A stretch of 64,000 bases of DNA, taken from positions 9,175,931 to 9,239,930 of the forward strand of contig CM119269.1 of NCBI GenBank assembly GCA_051294375.1, written 5' to 3'. The translations under genes and the position numbers were made by a program. The notes beneath the pieces are model-generated. The model saw only the letters and a list, made by a program, of their open reading frames with translations, had not been told where the DNA came from and ran no database searches. Positions 40,607 through 55,506 of this stretch are shown in pieces. The stretch is from Paraspadella gotoi. Lineage: Eukaryota > Animalia > Chaetognatha. Every line of letters starts with the position of its first letter. The stretch's first letter is position 1.

Positions 40607-40939
40607 TAAAATTTTGGGAGGAAATTTGCAAGAAAAATAAAAGAATAAAAAAATATTGAAAACTGATTAATGGTGGCAAAATCGAGAATGAAACAATTCT
40701 CTGTGCGTTAGCTATATTAACAAGTATCATCTGTTAGATGACAGGTGTCTGAAATTTTGTTTCGAAATTACACTGTACATACTTGTTCATTTTTTTTCTT
40801 GAATCAACAAGAATAAATCATATCGAAGAGAAACTAAAAATGAAAAGTTCGAATCGATAATTTTCAAGTCGAAAACTTTTTATGTTCTTCCGTGGGGTAG
40901 CGGGCAGGGGGGGGGACCTGATATCAAAACATCGAAAAA

Positions 40940-40977
<38 letters not shown>

Positions 40978-41910
40978 AGCTTTAACCTGCGATTCGCATG
41001 AAAACTAAAACATCCGATATTACGATTTTTCTTTTCATATTTTTTTTCTTTTATTGTTTTTGGTTTAACAATCGTAATTCAAACGGGAGGATGGTGAATG
41101 TTGATAAAACTCACAGACATTTGGTGAATGTTGTGAATAAAAAAAGTCATCAAAGAAGATTTTCACGTCGAAGGTTGTGAAAAGGATTTTGGGTGAAACT
41201 TGTGAATTCATTTGAGTTCTATTTGAAAACAAAGGAGGTATTAAGTGAGAATCGAAAGTATTACGTTACAATGGATAAGTATACGATAGTATGTATTATT
41301 ATGTAGCAGTATATAAAAGTATACAGGCTTATTCACCCCTTAGGTCACGATCTCCGATTCGATACAAGTCGGCGAAGAATTTCAAAGGAAAGTTTCAGTC
41401 TTTAATTATCATCGTAATAATAAGGATAAGGACTAATAAGGGTATAGTTAAGATTCTGCGTATTTGGTGAAAAAAATGATCTCAACTGGAAAATTAAAAA
41501 ACCTCTATAAAATTTCAAATACTACTAGAAACTTGATATATTTTGTTAGGTGTGAGTTACGTTCTTTAAAGTTATAATGATTTGTAGTAAAAAATCTTAT
41601 TTCACTCCAAATTTTAAAAAGTTTTAACTAGGTCGATGAAAAAAATTATTAATCTGAAATTTAAACTTTTTCGACCGATAAGGCGTGACAAAGAACGAAG
41701 AAATTAAAGAAAAATGAACAATAATAAAAAGAATAAAATAAAGATAAAAACAACGTGGAGTCTAATTAGAAGGAAGAATCTTGTTTTTAAAAAAATGAGA
41801 GAGAAAAATAGACCCAAAAATTTTTGCGACGAAAACTCGAAAAAGAATTTTTGATCGTCGTCAATTTAGTCGACGTCAAACGAATGAGCATCATAAGAAG
41901 AGTAATTAAA

Positions 41911-41970
<60 letters not shown>

Positions 41971-42285
41971 CTCTCTTATGCACACCGGAAATGGGTGGGC
42001 GGCGCCGCGAGATGACGAGGCGCAGGTGGCGGCGCCGACTCACCGCTAGTTCCGGCGTCTTTAGACGAATTCGGCGTCCTTAGTTGGCGCCGTTAAGCGA
42101 CGGGCGGCGTCCTTTGGCGTCTCTACCGGTTGAGGGGCGCGGATTTCCGGCCGATTTTAGGTCGACCGGCGTCGTTTTGGTCTCATCTGTAGTCGTCGGC
42201 GTCAAACTCTGATTTTTTCTCTGCGTCATCGATTTTCGGGCGCCGTCTTAATCTCTTGCCATCAGGACACTTTAAAAAAAGATGG

Positions 42286-42380
<95 letters not shown>

Positions 42381-42619
42381 GTCTAGGTGCTCCCTTCGTT
42401 CGCTTCGTTTCCTTGGCGATTTTCAAGCAAATTCACACAAATGTTTTCTCGTCTTCAGCCCGTGGCGAGTGGCGAGTGGCGAGTGGCGAGACCTCAACTG
42501 CCACTTTGTTCCTCTCGTACGGTTGTTCCTGTTTTTGGAATATTAAGGAATAGGGTATAAACTAATTTGGATGAGGGCGCGTGATGAACTGGGTACTGAG
42601 CTCGTATCCAGGATTTGGT

Positions 42620-43146
42620 TTTTCTCGCCAGGGTAATGAGTACATAAGTTGTGATTGAACGGGCAGCTGCGTCCGGGTCACAAGCTGAAAAGGATCAAGT
42701 CTACAGCGAGGGAACATATAGTATTTACCCGCTAAATGCAAGTTAATCCACAATTTCTCATCCGTAGAACTATACAATGCTACAACCAATTCATTTGCCA
42801 AGTTATAAAAAAGTTCCTGAACATTAGCGCTCAACATATTTTCTCTCTAAGATGTGTTGCTCTGTTTGAGCCGGAACAGATATTGTTCCCTGAGGAAATA
42901 AACCTAGTGCCTACCCTATTATCCCTAGGCCTGATAGTAATAAAACATGGAAAATTTTTAAAAAGTTGTTTAATTATATTTTTTGCTTAACTTTTTTGAG
43001 CTCTATCAGAATCAATTAAAAAAACTTTAAATATCTAAAAAAAAATGAAACGAAACAATAAAGTTACATTTAAAGGGAAAAACGTTTTCATCTCAGATCC
43101 TTTTCGCTCCGGGAATTCGACGACGACGACGACGACGACGACGACG

Positions 43147-43178
<32 letters not shown>

Positions 43179-44530
43179 TCATAATCTCCGCGGAGTATAT
43201 CATCCAAACAAAACAAAATATCCCGACTCCTGAATTTCTTTCGCCCGAACAAAAACAAGGATTACGAGATGATAACAAATATTTATACAAACTAAAAAAT
43301 ATTAAAGTATGTATTCAAATATTTAACTTTGCGTATAAATTGGACACCAACCTATGTATAGATTATATTATTAAATAAATAAGATAAACACGTACACAGT
43401 ATCGAATTCGCAGTCTACTTCTCTGATTCTTCATTTTATCTAATTTTATTCTTATCAAATTATAAACAGTCATCAGCAAACGGCTCCCACTATAAGAGGC
43501 TTAGTAGGGTGGATATGGATAAATATCACAGGATGTTTTCTCGCTACCAAGCCAGAACGACTACATTATATTTATAGAGCTCGTGTAGGGTGGATGACGG
43601 AAATATTACCAGGCCTCCGCTACCCTTGTCTCTCTCCCTCTCTTCTTCTCTCTCTCCCTTCCAATTCGCCCCCCCCAAAAGGCGATCACGTGAAAAATCA
43701 CGTTAAATGTGAATTTCACGAGTTCCTCTCGAAATTGTCGAGCGCGATTGACCCGAGAAAAGAATACTTTGCGAAGACCGAAAAAATCGCCGCGGGCGGG
43801 ATTCATCCACGCGACTTAAAGAGGTTTTCTTTGTTCTTCTGGTGAAACTGGGATATTTAACGAAGTTTGAGATGAAAAGTGAGGGCAGGCGGGCGGTTGG
43901 ATTTTAAAAAAAAGAGGCGAGGGTAATTATAAAATTACATGTAAAACAAATATATAATAAAGTAATATATGGTGTTATTTTTATTTTTAAAATTTTTCGT
44001 ATAACAGATATAAAAAGTAAATGTTTAAGAAGAAAACTAGGAAAGTCAGTTTTTTCTTTGCCTAATTCGCTTAAAACATACGAAACGAAAGGAACTTGAC
44101 ACAAGAAGAAAACTAGAAAACTAGCGGCACCCTTATAATATTATATAATAATTAAGGATTGATTAAAATATGTCGCGATCATGTGCTTATTTTCTTGTCT
44201 TTATCTTTCTTGTTAATAATTAGGTTTTTGTTCTTTCATATTCTTTTCTCTTCCTTCTTCTTTTTCTTTTCTTTTTCTTTCTTTTTTCTTTCTTTGGTGT
44301 TTTACGCTGACCTGATCCAAATCGTCTAAATTTCAGTCCGCCTCTCATCCTCCTCTTCCTCTTCCTCTTCTTCATCCCTCTTTCCTCTTCATCCTCCTCT
44401 TCCTCTTCATCCTCCTCTTCCTTCTTTCATCCTCCTCTTCCTCTTCCTCCTGTTCTTTTACTCACAACTTGATTTTCAAAAACTCCCTCTCTCTCTCCTC
44501 TTTTCCTCTCTCTTCTCTCTATCTCCTCTA

Positions 44531-44572
<42 letters not shown>

Positions 44573-45362
44573 CTCATACTCTCCTCTCTCTCTACTTTCT
44601 CTCTCTCTCTACTCTCTCTCTCTCTCTCTCTCCTCCTTCGAGCCCCCAAACCCCTAAATTTTGACTCCCCTCCATTCGTAATGGTTCGCCAATCTCTCAA
44701 CAAAACAATTTACTGGAAGCGCGATCACCTGAAGCGGACATGACAACAAGAAAATGAGGGAAAAAACAGGGTTCTAGAAAATAAATCGGTCTAGAAAATA
44801 AATCAGTCTAGAAAATAAATCGATCTTAGAAAATAAATGGTCTAGAAAATAAATCGTCTAGAAAAAATCGGTCTGAGAAAAATAAAATCGATCTAGAAAA
44901 ATAAATTGGTCTAGAAAAATAAAAATCGGTCTAGAAAAATAAATCCGTCTAGAAAAATAAAATCGGTCTAGACAAATAAATTGTCTAGAAAATAAATCGA
45001 TCTAGAAAATAAATTGGCCTAGAAAATAAATCGGTCAGAAAATGAAATCGGTCTAGAAAATAAATTAGGTCTAGAAAATAAATCGGTCTAGAAAATAAAT
45101 TGATCTCCTCTTTTNNNNNNNNNNNNNNNNNNNNNNNNNTTTCTCGCCAGGGTAAGTACAAAGTTGTGATTGAACGAGCTAGCGTCCGGGTCACAACTGA
45201 AGGATACGAAGTCTACAGGAGTGAACATTGTATTACCCGCTACATATGCGCACCAGTTATCACAATTTCTCATCCGTGAACTATACAAGTTACACCAATT
45301 CATTTTGCCAAGTTATAAAAAAGTTCCTGAAATTAGCGTCAACATATTTTCTCTCTAAGATG
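42620..45362 (+). repeat. ~230-bp direct duplicate (42620-42853 and 45140-45362)
   Basis: Both copies run TTTCTCGCCAGGGTAA...CAACATATTTTCTCTCTAAGATG with many indels. The second copy begins exactly at a 25-N gap. Confidence 0.85.
44770..45105. repeat. Minisatellite, 17-18-bp unit TCTAGAAAATAAATCGG, ~19 copies
   Basis: Directly visible. Confidence 0.95.
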
Positions 45363-47486
45363 CGTCGACACATCCGTTCAAAAGGAATAAAAAAGAATAT
45401 AATCTCACGCATTTTGTCCGCTTTTAGTTGTTGTTGTCATCAAAAAGGGGAAAAAAAGTGAAAAGCTTCGAAAAATAAATAAAGTTCTTTTTTTTTCCAA
45501 GCGCGGCCCGTGCCTCCTCGAAAAGTCTTTTGAGGCAGTTTAAAAGGAGATTTTCTGAAAAAGCCTTTTCAATTCGAGGGACATCATTTTGGGATTTTGT
45601 TGAATCGANNNNNNNNNNNNNNNNNNNNNNNNNNNNNNNNNNNNNNNNNNNNNNNNNNNNNNNNNNNNNNNNNNNNNNNNNNNNNNNNNNNNNNNNNNNN
45701 NNNNNNNNNNNNNNNNNNNNNNNNNNNNNNNNNNNNNNNNNNNNNNNNNNNNNNNNNNNNNNNNNNNNNNNNNNNNNNNNNNNNNNNNNNNNNNNNNNNN
45801 NNNNNNNNNNNNNNNNNNNNNNNNNNNNNNNNNNNNNNNNNNNNNNNNNNNNNNNNNNNNNNNNNNNNNNNNNNNNNNNNNNNNNNNNNNNNNNNNNNNN
45901 NNNNNNNNNNNNNNNNNNNNNNNNNNNNNNNNNNNNNNNNNNNNNNNNNNNNNNGAGGGGGAAAAAGGAGAGGAAGAGAAGGGGAGGAAGAGAATGGGAG
46001 GAGAGGGGGAGGAAAAGAGGTGGAAAGAGGCGAAAGAAGTAAAGGGAGGGAATGATTAGAAGGAGAACGGAGGCAGAGAGAAAATTAGAAATAGGGATAG
46101 AAATATGGATACAGATAGTGGATTAAAAATAATCGTCGTTATTAAGAATATTAATATTTGATTAATGAATAAATAATTTTTTTTGGTCAAATTTTTCCCT
46201 ATTGCTTATCCGATCCGCAGTTGATTTGCTAATCCTTATTCCGCATTTCACTGATGTCCTAATAAGGACATTGGATAAGAGTTGAAAGGGTGAATCGCTG
46301 AAAGTGAAGCGAAGGGTAAGGAGATAAGAGACGGGGTGAGGAGAAAGGGTGAGGCGAGTGGCTCATGTGACTTCATTGAAAAAATTTCTCTCATCTCACG
46401 GCGGAGTTTGTATGATTGACGGACCAACTGACAGAAAGACAGACAGACATACAGAGACTCAAAAGNNNNNNNNNNNNNNNNNNNNNNNNNNNNNNNNNNN
46501 NNNNNNNNNNNNNNNNNNNNNNNNNNNNNNNNNNNNNNNNNNNNNNNNNNNNNNNNNNNNNNNNNNNNNNNNNNNNNNNNNNNNNNNNNNNNNNNNNNNN
46601 NNNNNNNNNNNNNNNNNNNNNNNNNNNNNNNNNNNNNNNNNNNNNNNNNNNNNNNNNNNNNNNNNNNNNNNNNNNNNNNNNNNNNNNNNNNNNNNNNNNN
46701 NNNNNNNNNNNNNNNNNNNNNNNNNNNNNNNNNNNNNNNNNNNNNNNNNNNNNNNNNNNNNNNNNNNNNNNNNNNNNNNNNNNNNNNNNNNNNNNNNNNN
46801 NNNNNNNNNNNNNNNNNNNNNNNNNNNNNNNNNNNNNNNNNNNNNNNNNNNNNNNNNNNNNNNNNNNNNNNNNNNNNNNNNNNNNNNNNNNNNNNNNNNN
46901 NNNNNNNNNNNNNNNNNNNNNNNNNNNNNNNNNNNNNNNNNNNNNNNNNNNNNNNNNNNNNNNNNNNNNNNNNNNNNNNNNNNNNNNNNNNNNNNNNNNN
47001 NNNNNNNNNNNNNNNNNNNNNNAAAAAAAGAAGAGACAGAAAAGAATTCAAAAAAATCGTTTACCTCAATGAAAGACGTCAAAAACAATCAGATAATGTA
47101 GTAAGTTGTTGCATAATTCAACAAAACAATGCCAAATTTAGAACAAAAAACAAAAACAACATAAAACGTATAACTTCTCATTTGCATATTGTTGAAGTTT
47201 AGTTTAGCTTAGTTTATTTCTCATGATGACATGATTTACCAATGATTAACGTTTAATACAATTGAAATAAATTTTCGTTTTTGATCTTTCAGAAAAAAAT
47301 AAATAACAACAACAATCAACAAGAACGTGACGGAAGCAAAGCGACAACAGTCGAGTGATTCGACCCCGAAATCCAAAGAGGTCATTTGGATTAAAGAAGA
47401 GAAATCGACGCTGACCGACTTTTTTCGTCGGCGGCTGGTAAGTGAAGGTAAGTGAATGGCAACAATAAAAAAAGTAGGGGAATAAC

Positions 47487-47523
<37 letters not shown>

Positions 47524-48399
47524 NNNNNNNNNNNNNNNNNNNNNNNNNNNNNNNNNNNNNNNNNNNNNNNNNNNNNNNNNNNNNNNNNNNNNNNNNNNNN
47601 NNNNNNNNNNNNNNNNNNNNNNNNNNNNNNNNNNNNNNNNNNNNNNNNNNNNNNNNNNNNNNNNNNNNNNNNNNNNNNNNNNNNNNNNNNNNNNNNNNNN
47701 NNNNNNNNNNNNNNNNNNNNNNNNNNNNNNCGCTTATTTCCCTTTGAGGGTGGAATGATGAGATGATTGCGACGACAACGATGACAACGACGAAGACGAA
47801 AACGACGACGACGCAACGACAACAACAATATAAAAGAGAAGCCTTTGAAAAAAAACGAAGATGGTATCACGAAATCAATATCGTGATATATCATTAACTT
47901 ATATTATTATATTTTTTCACGAAATCGATCTTAGACAGACGACCGTAGAAAAGCGGAAAATTGTAATTGAACTTTAAAAATTTATTCAATAATGAAAATT
48001 AAAATAAATAATTTATTAATCCATCATTCCCTTCAAAGTGAAATGAAATGTAATGACATGAATTGACATAGGAATAGAATTAATGACAAGTCATTGTTAA
48101 TCCGACATTATGCAAATGAGATTTGAAACAAAAGTTGAAACAAAAGTTCATCTCTTACATATATTCTACTTTATTAAATCTTTTTTAGATACATTACTTT
48201 ATTGCAACACTATGAGATATTAAAAGAAAAAAAATCGTTGTTTGATCAATCTAAAAACGTTTTCTATCATCCAAACACAACGAAACGAAAGGAAATAACG
48301 ATGTCTAAAGAAAAAGTTTAAATATTTTGTTAATTTTTATTTGTTAATATTTATTCTTTTATTTTTGACAACTGCATTTTGTTAGGAATTCGCCTCTTA

Positions 48400-48680
48400 T
48401 TTGAGCGATAAATTCGCTGCAGATTAGAGTGATTAATTTCCCTTAGATTAGAGCGATGAATCGCTGCTAAATAGAGTGATGAATTCGCCGCTGATTTTAG
48501 TGATAAATTCGCCGCTGATTGAGAGATGAATCGCCGCTGATTTGAGAGATGAATTCACCGTTGATTTGAGAGATGAATCGCCGCTGATTTGAGAGATGAA
48601 TCGCCGCTGATTTGAGAGATGAATCGCCGCTGATTTGGGCGATGAATTCGCCGCTGATTTGAGCGATGAATTCGCCAATG
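48400..48680. repeat. Minisatellite, 23-24-bp unit GATGAA(T)TCGCCGCTGATTTGAGA, ~11 copies
   Basis: Directly visible. Confidence 0.95.
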
Positions 48681-48968
48681 ACTCAATTGATCTCAATTTC
48701 GGATCCGCGACTGAAATTCCATTGATTTCGATGGAAACAAAGAAATAAATGGAAACTTGAATGAGAAGGAAAAAAAATATTGAAAGAAAAAAAAGTAGAA
48801 TCGATTCAGTTCACTGTGAGAATCACGTGATTCTCTATCTCAATCTTTTCTTTTTAATCGCTTTCTCTCTCTCTCTCTCTCCTTTTCTCTCTCTCTCTCT
48901 CTACTCTCATCTCTCTCCTTCTCATCCCTCTCCGTCTCCCTCGTCTTTCTCTACCCTTTCTTTTTTCT

Positions 48969-49015
<47 letters not shown>

Positions 49016-49536
49016 GTCTCACCGATGAAATTTAAAACCGTCAATTACCGCTGAACCGCTGATATTATTTTACTCAATTTCCAAATACAATAAGAATCGC
49101 TTCTGATTCAAATTGGAACAAACGACGAAAAAAGCATTAAAACGAATACAGTGGAAAATGTGTTTTTCGGTGGGCGCTCGTTTGAAGTTATTTCAAATAT
49201 TTTCCTTTTATTTTTGTCAACGTTTTTAAATGAGACTGCAAGAAAATGGTTATGCTTAATTTTTTAATCACTATTTATAATTTTTCGTTTCCTATTAAAA
49301 AAAATATTTTAAATTTTTTTAAAAATAATTTTCTTAATCTTAATTTATTTTCGTCTTTTCTGAAGAAATTTCTTTTCCTACTTTCCAGAATTCGTCCATC
49401 TTAAAATCATCGCTTAGATTAAATACATTTCTTCAAAGAATCAGCACCACATTTCCATACCAATACGATTCCAGGTTAACTCTGAAAGGGTATTTTTTTT
49501 TTTCAACAACGTCGCCTCATCAAAACTGACGGAATT

Positions 49537-51557
49537 ATGTCGGTGGCTTCCACAGGAGAAAAGCCTTCCAAGCAAGCAAAATCATCTGATCAAGCTTCTT
49601 GGTTTTTAACAGTGGGATCGTCCAACTTGACGAATTCGTCGGACTATGCAACGACGCAATTCCTTACCCCGTTCGTGACTACAGAGGAAAGGTATCGTCT
49701 CAAGTGGTAGCGCGATGGGCTAAGTCGGTGCCACGTCGTCCGTAAGGTTGAGAGATCGCTTCCGTCGGTTGTCTCGATGAAACCTAGGAATAACGAGAGC
49801 TGGCTTTTTTTTTTAATTGTTTAATTCAAGTTAACCTAATTCTACATAAATTATAAGATCAAATTAAGCGTTCTCGGAAAATTTGGTCAATTTGATCATA
49901 GAACAGTTAATAACCTTATAATAATATTATATATATATATATTATATTCTTCTTCCTCTATCAGACAGCCGCTCCCCCGCAGAGTTCGCCGAGACATGAC
50001 CCCGAATCGGCAACCGAGGGAAAATCCGGAAGTAGCCAACCGGACGGCGCATGATGAGGAGAGGAAGCGCCGGAAAACCAAACTGGTGAGAGAGATTATT
50101 ATTATTATTATTATTACTATTATTATTATTATTATTACTATTATTATTACTATTATTATTATTTTTAATTTCAGATTGCAGCATTTACAATGGGCGTTGC
50201 CGCCGGCGGCGTCGTGGTAGCCGGAATCATCGTCTGCGTCATTTTTAACACAGATGAAGGTTTTTATCACAATCACAGGATGTCATCTCAATTATAGGCT
50301 GTCATCTTAAGAACAGGCTGTCATCTGAATCAAAGCCTGTCATGTGAATCACAGCCTGTCATCTTACTCTCAGGCTGTCATCTCAAGCACAGGGTATCAG
50401 CGCCATCACAGGCTGCAGTTCAATCACAGGCTGTCATCTCAATTCCTGATTTTCTTCTCAATCACAGGCTGTCATACGAATCACCGGTTGTCATCTGAAT
50501 TACAGTGTGTCATCTCAATTACTGATTGTCTTTTCAATCACAGGCTGTCATCATAATCATAGGCTGTCATCTTAATCACAAGCTGTCATCTCAATAATCG
50601 GCTGTTATCTCAATCAAATTCTGTCATCTCAATTACTCCCTATCTTTTTAATCACAGGCTGTCATCTCAATCACAGGTTGTCATCTCAATCACAAGCTAT
50701 TATCTCAATAACAGGCTGTCATTTTAATCACAGCCAGTCATCTCAATTATATGCTGTCATCTAATCGCAGGTTGTCATCTCAATTATAGGCTGTCATCTC
50801 AATCACAGGCAATCATCTCAATTATAGGCTGTCATCTCAATCACAGGCAGTCATCTCAATAATAGGCTGTCATCTCAATCACAAGTTGTCATTTAAATCA
50901 GAAGCTGTCATCTCAATTATAAGCTCTTATCCAAATCACATGCTATCATCTCAATCACATGCTGTCATTTAAATCACAATCTCTCATCTCAATCACACTC
51001 TCTCATCTCAATCACAGGCTGTCATCTGAATCAAGAAGTTTGACTGAAATAACATTTTATTGTCTTTTTTTAGCCGCGTGGCTTTGCTCCGAGGGTCTGA
51101 TTTCAAGGGCCTCGTAAGAAATAAAATTTAAATTAATAAGTTTAGTAATTATCAAGATTCTCATTAGTTTGTTAAAAACAAAACGTCAATTTTTTTTTGG
51201 TTTACAGACTCGTCATCTCGTAAAACCCTTCCCCCTTCTTACTGGGGGACGACGACGACGAATGCGACGATTACGAGGACGATGACGACGACGACAATGA
51301 CGCCGCGAAAATCTCGGCGCCTTTTTAAAAGATTTGATCGACGGTGGCGACGCGGGGAAAATACATTCGACGCCCGTCTTGCTTTCCTTTCACTCCGGCC
51401 GGCGTCAATCAACGCCTTTCGTCTCCAAATGACGCCAACCGAAGCCAAAGACGCCGTCCAAAGAGGCCCACGACGCCACGTTCCCTACAATGATCGAACC
51501 TTTCGAACAGGCGCTGGGGTGCGATATCAGGCGGTCGCGGATGAATCCAGGCGGTGA
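49537..51557 (+). CDS. Putative 236-aa type II membrane protein. Exons: 49537-49691, 49965-50085, 50175-50259, 51208-51557
   Basis: GT-AG introns with compatible phases 2,0,1. A basic cluster (RKRRKTKL) is followed by a hydrophobic exon (IAAFTMGVAAGGVVVAGIIVCVIF) and a Thr-rich stalk. Exon layout parallels astacin exons 1-4. Confidence 0.65.
50270..51032. repeat. Minisatellite, 19-bp unit ATCACAGGCTGTCATCTCA, ~40 copies
   Basis: Directly visible. Fills most of intron 3 of the 49537-51557 gene. Confidence 0.97.
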
Positions 51558-51682
51558 CATGCGCTGATGAAGAAATTAAAAGTTCGAAATTGAATTAAAA
51601 TTCGCGTCACAAAAATGAAAAGATGAATATTTGTTTGAGAGAGAGATAGGAGGGAGCGATGGAGAGAGAGAGAGAGAAAGCA

Positions 51683-51715
<33 letters not shown>

Positions 51716-54241
51716 GAGAGAAAAGAGAAAATGAGATAGGAGACAGCCGGTGCTAAAGGAAGAAAGAAAAAAGACAACCAAAGACAGAAAAAGAAAGAAA
51801 AGGACAGACAGAGATAGAGAGAGAAAGAAAAAGGACAGACAGAGACAGAGAAAAAAAATGAGAGACAGACGGAAAGAGAAAGAAAAAGAATAGACAGAGA
51901 CGGAGAGAGAAAGAAAAAGGACAGACAGAGACAGAAAGCTCGTTTTCCTGTTTTGCCATCAAAGATCCGGCGCAATCCCGTCACGCCCATGCGTCAACCG
52001 CGAGATGGCGTCAAGGAACCAAAATTTTGAAAGTTTAATTTCGTCCCGAGGAAAAGCAAAGGAATTTCTTTTTAAACAATTTGGGAATGGAAGCGAGGAG
52101 AGAGAGAGATAGAGAAGAGAGAGGGGGCGTGATGGGGAGAGGGAGAGAGACACACACGAGAGAGAGGAGTAGAGAAGAGAGAGAGAGAGAGAGAGAGGAA
52201 GAGAGAGAGACAGAGAGAAGAGAGAGAGAGAGAGAGAGAGGAGAAAAAGTGGCCCAGACTTTACACAGTCGCGCGAGAAATGCCAGCGGAAGGGTTAAGA
52301 GAGAGCAGAGAGAGAGAAGAGAGACGAGAGAGAGAGAGAGAGACGTACGATGAGAGAGAGAGAGATATGAGAGAGAGAGAAAGAGTGAGGAGATGAGAGA
52401 GAGAGAGAGAGAGAGAGAGATAGTAATTTCAAGAAAAGAAGACAGAAGACAGCTACGGTGAGTGTGGTTGATATGGATAAAACCAAAAAAATGGGTCATA
52501 CATAACACATAACCGTTCTACAAGTATATAAACTTACTGTTTAAATAATAGTATTTCAACTCATCGTGATCGCCTCTCCCTCGTGTCGTATGAGTGAGCA
52601 TTCTCTCTTTCCACTCATTGGTATCAATGCTTGTGAGCGTCACGGGACGTCTAACTCAACTGTAGTGGAGGACGAAAATCAGACCCCAAGTTGTGAAGCT
52701 AGTCAATAATATGCTGCAATTTGTCCCGCCTGTGCGGCACTAAACTTTAAAGTAGACCGAGAAATGATTGTCCTCATACCTTTCTCGTGTTCATAGAAAA
52801 AATCACGCAAGTATATAAAAATCACTAATGAATAAAAATAAAAATTCGAGGAAATAGATTATGATTGAAAAAAAATTGTCGCGGTTTGGAAAAGTCGGTT
52901 AATTTCATTGACAAATATATTTTTTGGCCTGTAAATAGGTTTTATTATATATTTTGATTGAATAAAAATATTCTTTATCAACAGCATAAAATTATTTAAT
53001 TCATACAAATACTTCCAAAAGAGGTTGTCTTTAAATGTTTTCATTTCTTTTTGATCAAGGCGGGCCAAAATTGATCACTTTTTTATAAATTCTAGTTCTC
53101 TCAAAAATTTTTTTTTCCTTCTATTACTAATCGATTTTCAATGCAATTTTTTGAATTAGTTGTTGCCCTTAAGCTTTTAAATATTTATTATTATATAACA
53201 AATTACAAAAAAAAATTAAATTTTATTTTGAAAAGTTTAATAAAAGTTAGTACTATATTTTTGTAAAATATTGACAATAAATAGGTTAAAAATAAGAAAT
53301 ACCTTTAAAAAATCATCATCATCATCATCATCATGATTGGCTGAATTTTATGTTTTTTTTAAATTTTCATCAATAAAAGAAAGATTTTTTAAAAGTTGTA
53401 ATAATAACCTCTAACTAACTTTATATAGTAATAAAATAATTTTAAAATGCTTCCGTGCGCTTATCAATAAAACAAATTTTAAAAATTATTTTCATTTCAT
53501 ATTCTCTAACAGTCACTTGACCATTATCTATTATTATTATTATTATTTTTATTTATCGGATTTGGGGCAAAAAATATTTCTTTTTTTTTACTCGGTTCCA
53601 GAGGTAAATAAAAATGATAACTTTACTCGCAGAAAGGTTACCAGGAGCCTTATTACCTTTATTGATACTTTACAATAAAAACAAATATATTTCGGAGCAT
53701 CTGCAACATCCATATATTTTTAATACCGCTATTTTCATCTCTGAATCTATCCTAATGGAGATAATGCAATAACCACTGAGAAAAGGCAGGGATTATAAAT
53801 AGTAACGGTTTAACTCAAAAAATAATAAAAACTAACCGGAAATTAGTAAAAATGAAAAATGTAAAAATGAAAAGGAAGCATTTTTTTCGGACAACTCATT
53901 GGTCTTGGTTGTACCAATTTCATAAATGAGAAACACCTCATATCAATCACAAGATGACAAAGTTTCTCGATATCTAAATTTTATTTTTAGATTCTTAGAT
54001 TAAAATGCCGAAAATTAGCTGGAAGTTAACCGGAACAATTTTACTTTCCATCATCATCATGGTACAGAAGTTAGTCAAAACGCACAAAACATTTTTTTTT
54101 CGATTATTATTTTTTAATTAATTTCAATTTTTACAATTAGGACGAATAGCTTTGAAGAAGAAGTCAAAAAACGCAAGCTTAGTGTCAATTTATAATTTTA
54201 GATGTTTTAAAAAAATATTTGTTATAACAAAGACTAATAAT

Positions 54242-54976
54242 ATGGAGGAAGAAGTAAAGTCGTACGAATTAGCATTCCGCCAAGTGGACCGAGGAGTGGA
54301 CCTAAGAGTGGACCGAGGAGTGGACCGAAGAGTGGACCGAGGAATGAACCAAAGGAAAGAAGAGAAAGGAAATAGAAGAAGCGATGACCAGAGCGAATTT
54401 GAAAGCGAAAAATCTGATGAGCTGACCTTCTTCACCAACCGAACAACGCTGCTGTCACTGCCGAACGAGGATTTGATGATGTCCGATAGAATTTCAATTA
54501 AAAAACCGCGGGAGGAATTGACTGTGACTTCAGAGTGGGAGAGGTGAGAGAAAATAGAGAGGTGAGAGGTGAGAGGTGAGAGGTGAGAGAATTTATGAGC
54601 AGGATGATTCTATTCACGAAAATGAGCAAGAAGACGTTAGAAAATTTCGTCACGTTTGGAACGTTTTTTGCTTGGGTCTTGATCGAGAGATAAAGGGAGG
54701 TTAAATCATATTATAACTATATTAGTAATTTTTGGATTTGGCTGTGGAGATCCTAACTAATCAGTACTAGATAGGATAGAAAATAAATTCTTTAAAAAAT
54801 TATTTTGAATTCTTTCTCAGTATTGTATTCTCACTCTCTCTCTCTCTCTATCTATTCGTCATTTTTATCTACATATTCTTCTTTATCTATCTATTTTTCC
54901 CGCCACTTGTGTATTCTGAACGGGACACAAGCTTTCTAACAGTTTTTTACTTCAAGAAAATAGAGAAAGACAGAGT

Positions 54977-55016
<40 letters not shown>

Positions 55017-55419
55017 CACAGACTCTTTTAGTCACTTCTTTGTATGTATGTCTAATTGTCCATCAGTCTGTAGTACTTAAGTTTAAATGCGCATGACTTG
55101 GGTAACATTGTAACTCTTTAGTAACTCTTTAGCTGACACAGCGCAAATGTTTTCCTCTTCCCAGAGATGCTCTTTTATTTCAGCCATCCTTATTCAAAAT
55201 CTTCCGTAAACGGTTTGGACGGTGGAATGATATCGACGCAAGCCGAATCAAATCCGACGATGAACGACAACAAAAATTTAAAGAAGAAACAAAATAACAA
55301 AATAGAGAAAAAGGAAAAGAAGAGAAAGGGGAAAACACTGAAGGTCAACTTATAAAAAATAAAAAATAATAAATAACGAATAATAAAAATTGATAATGAA
55401 GAAATACTTCAGTATTAGT

Positions 55420-55506
<87 letters not shown>

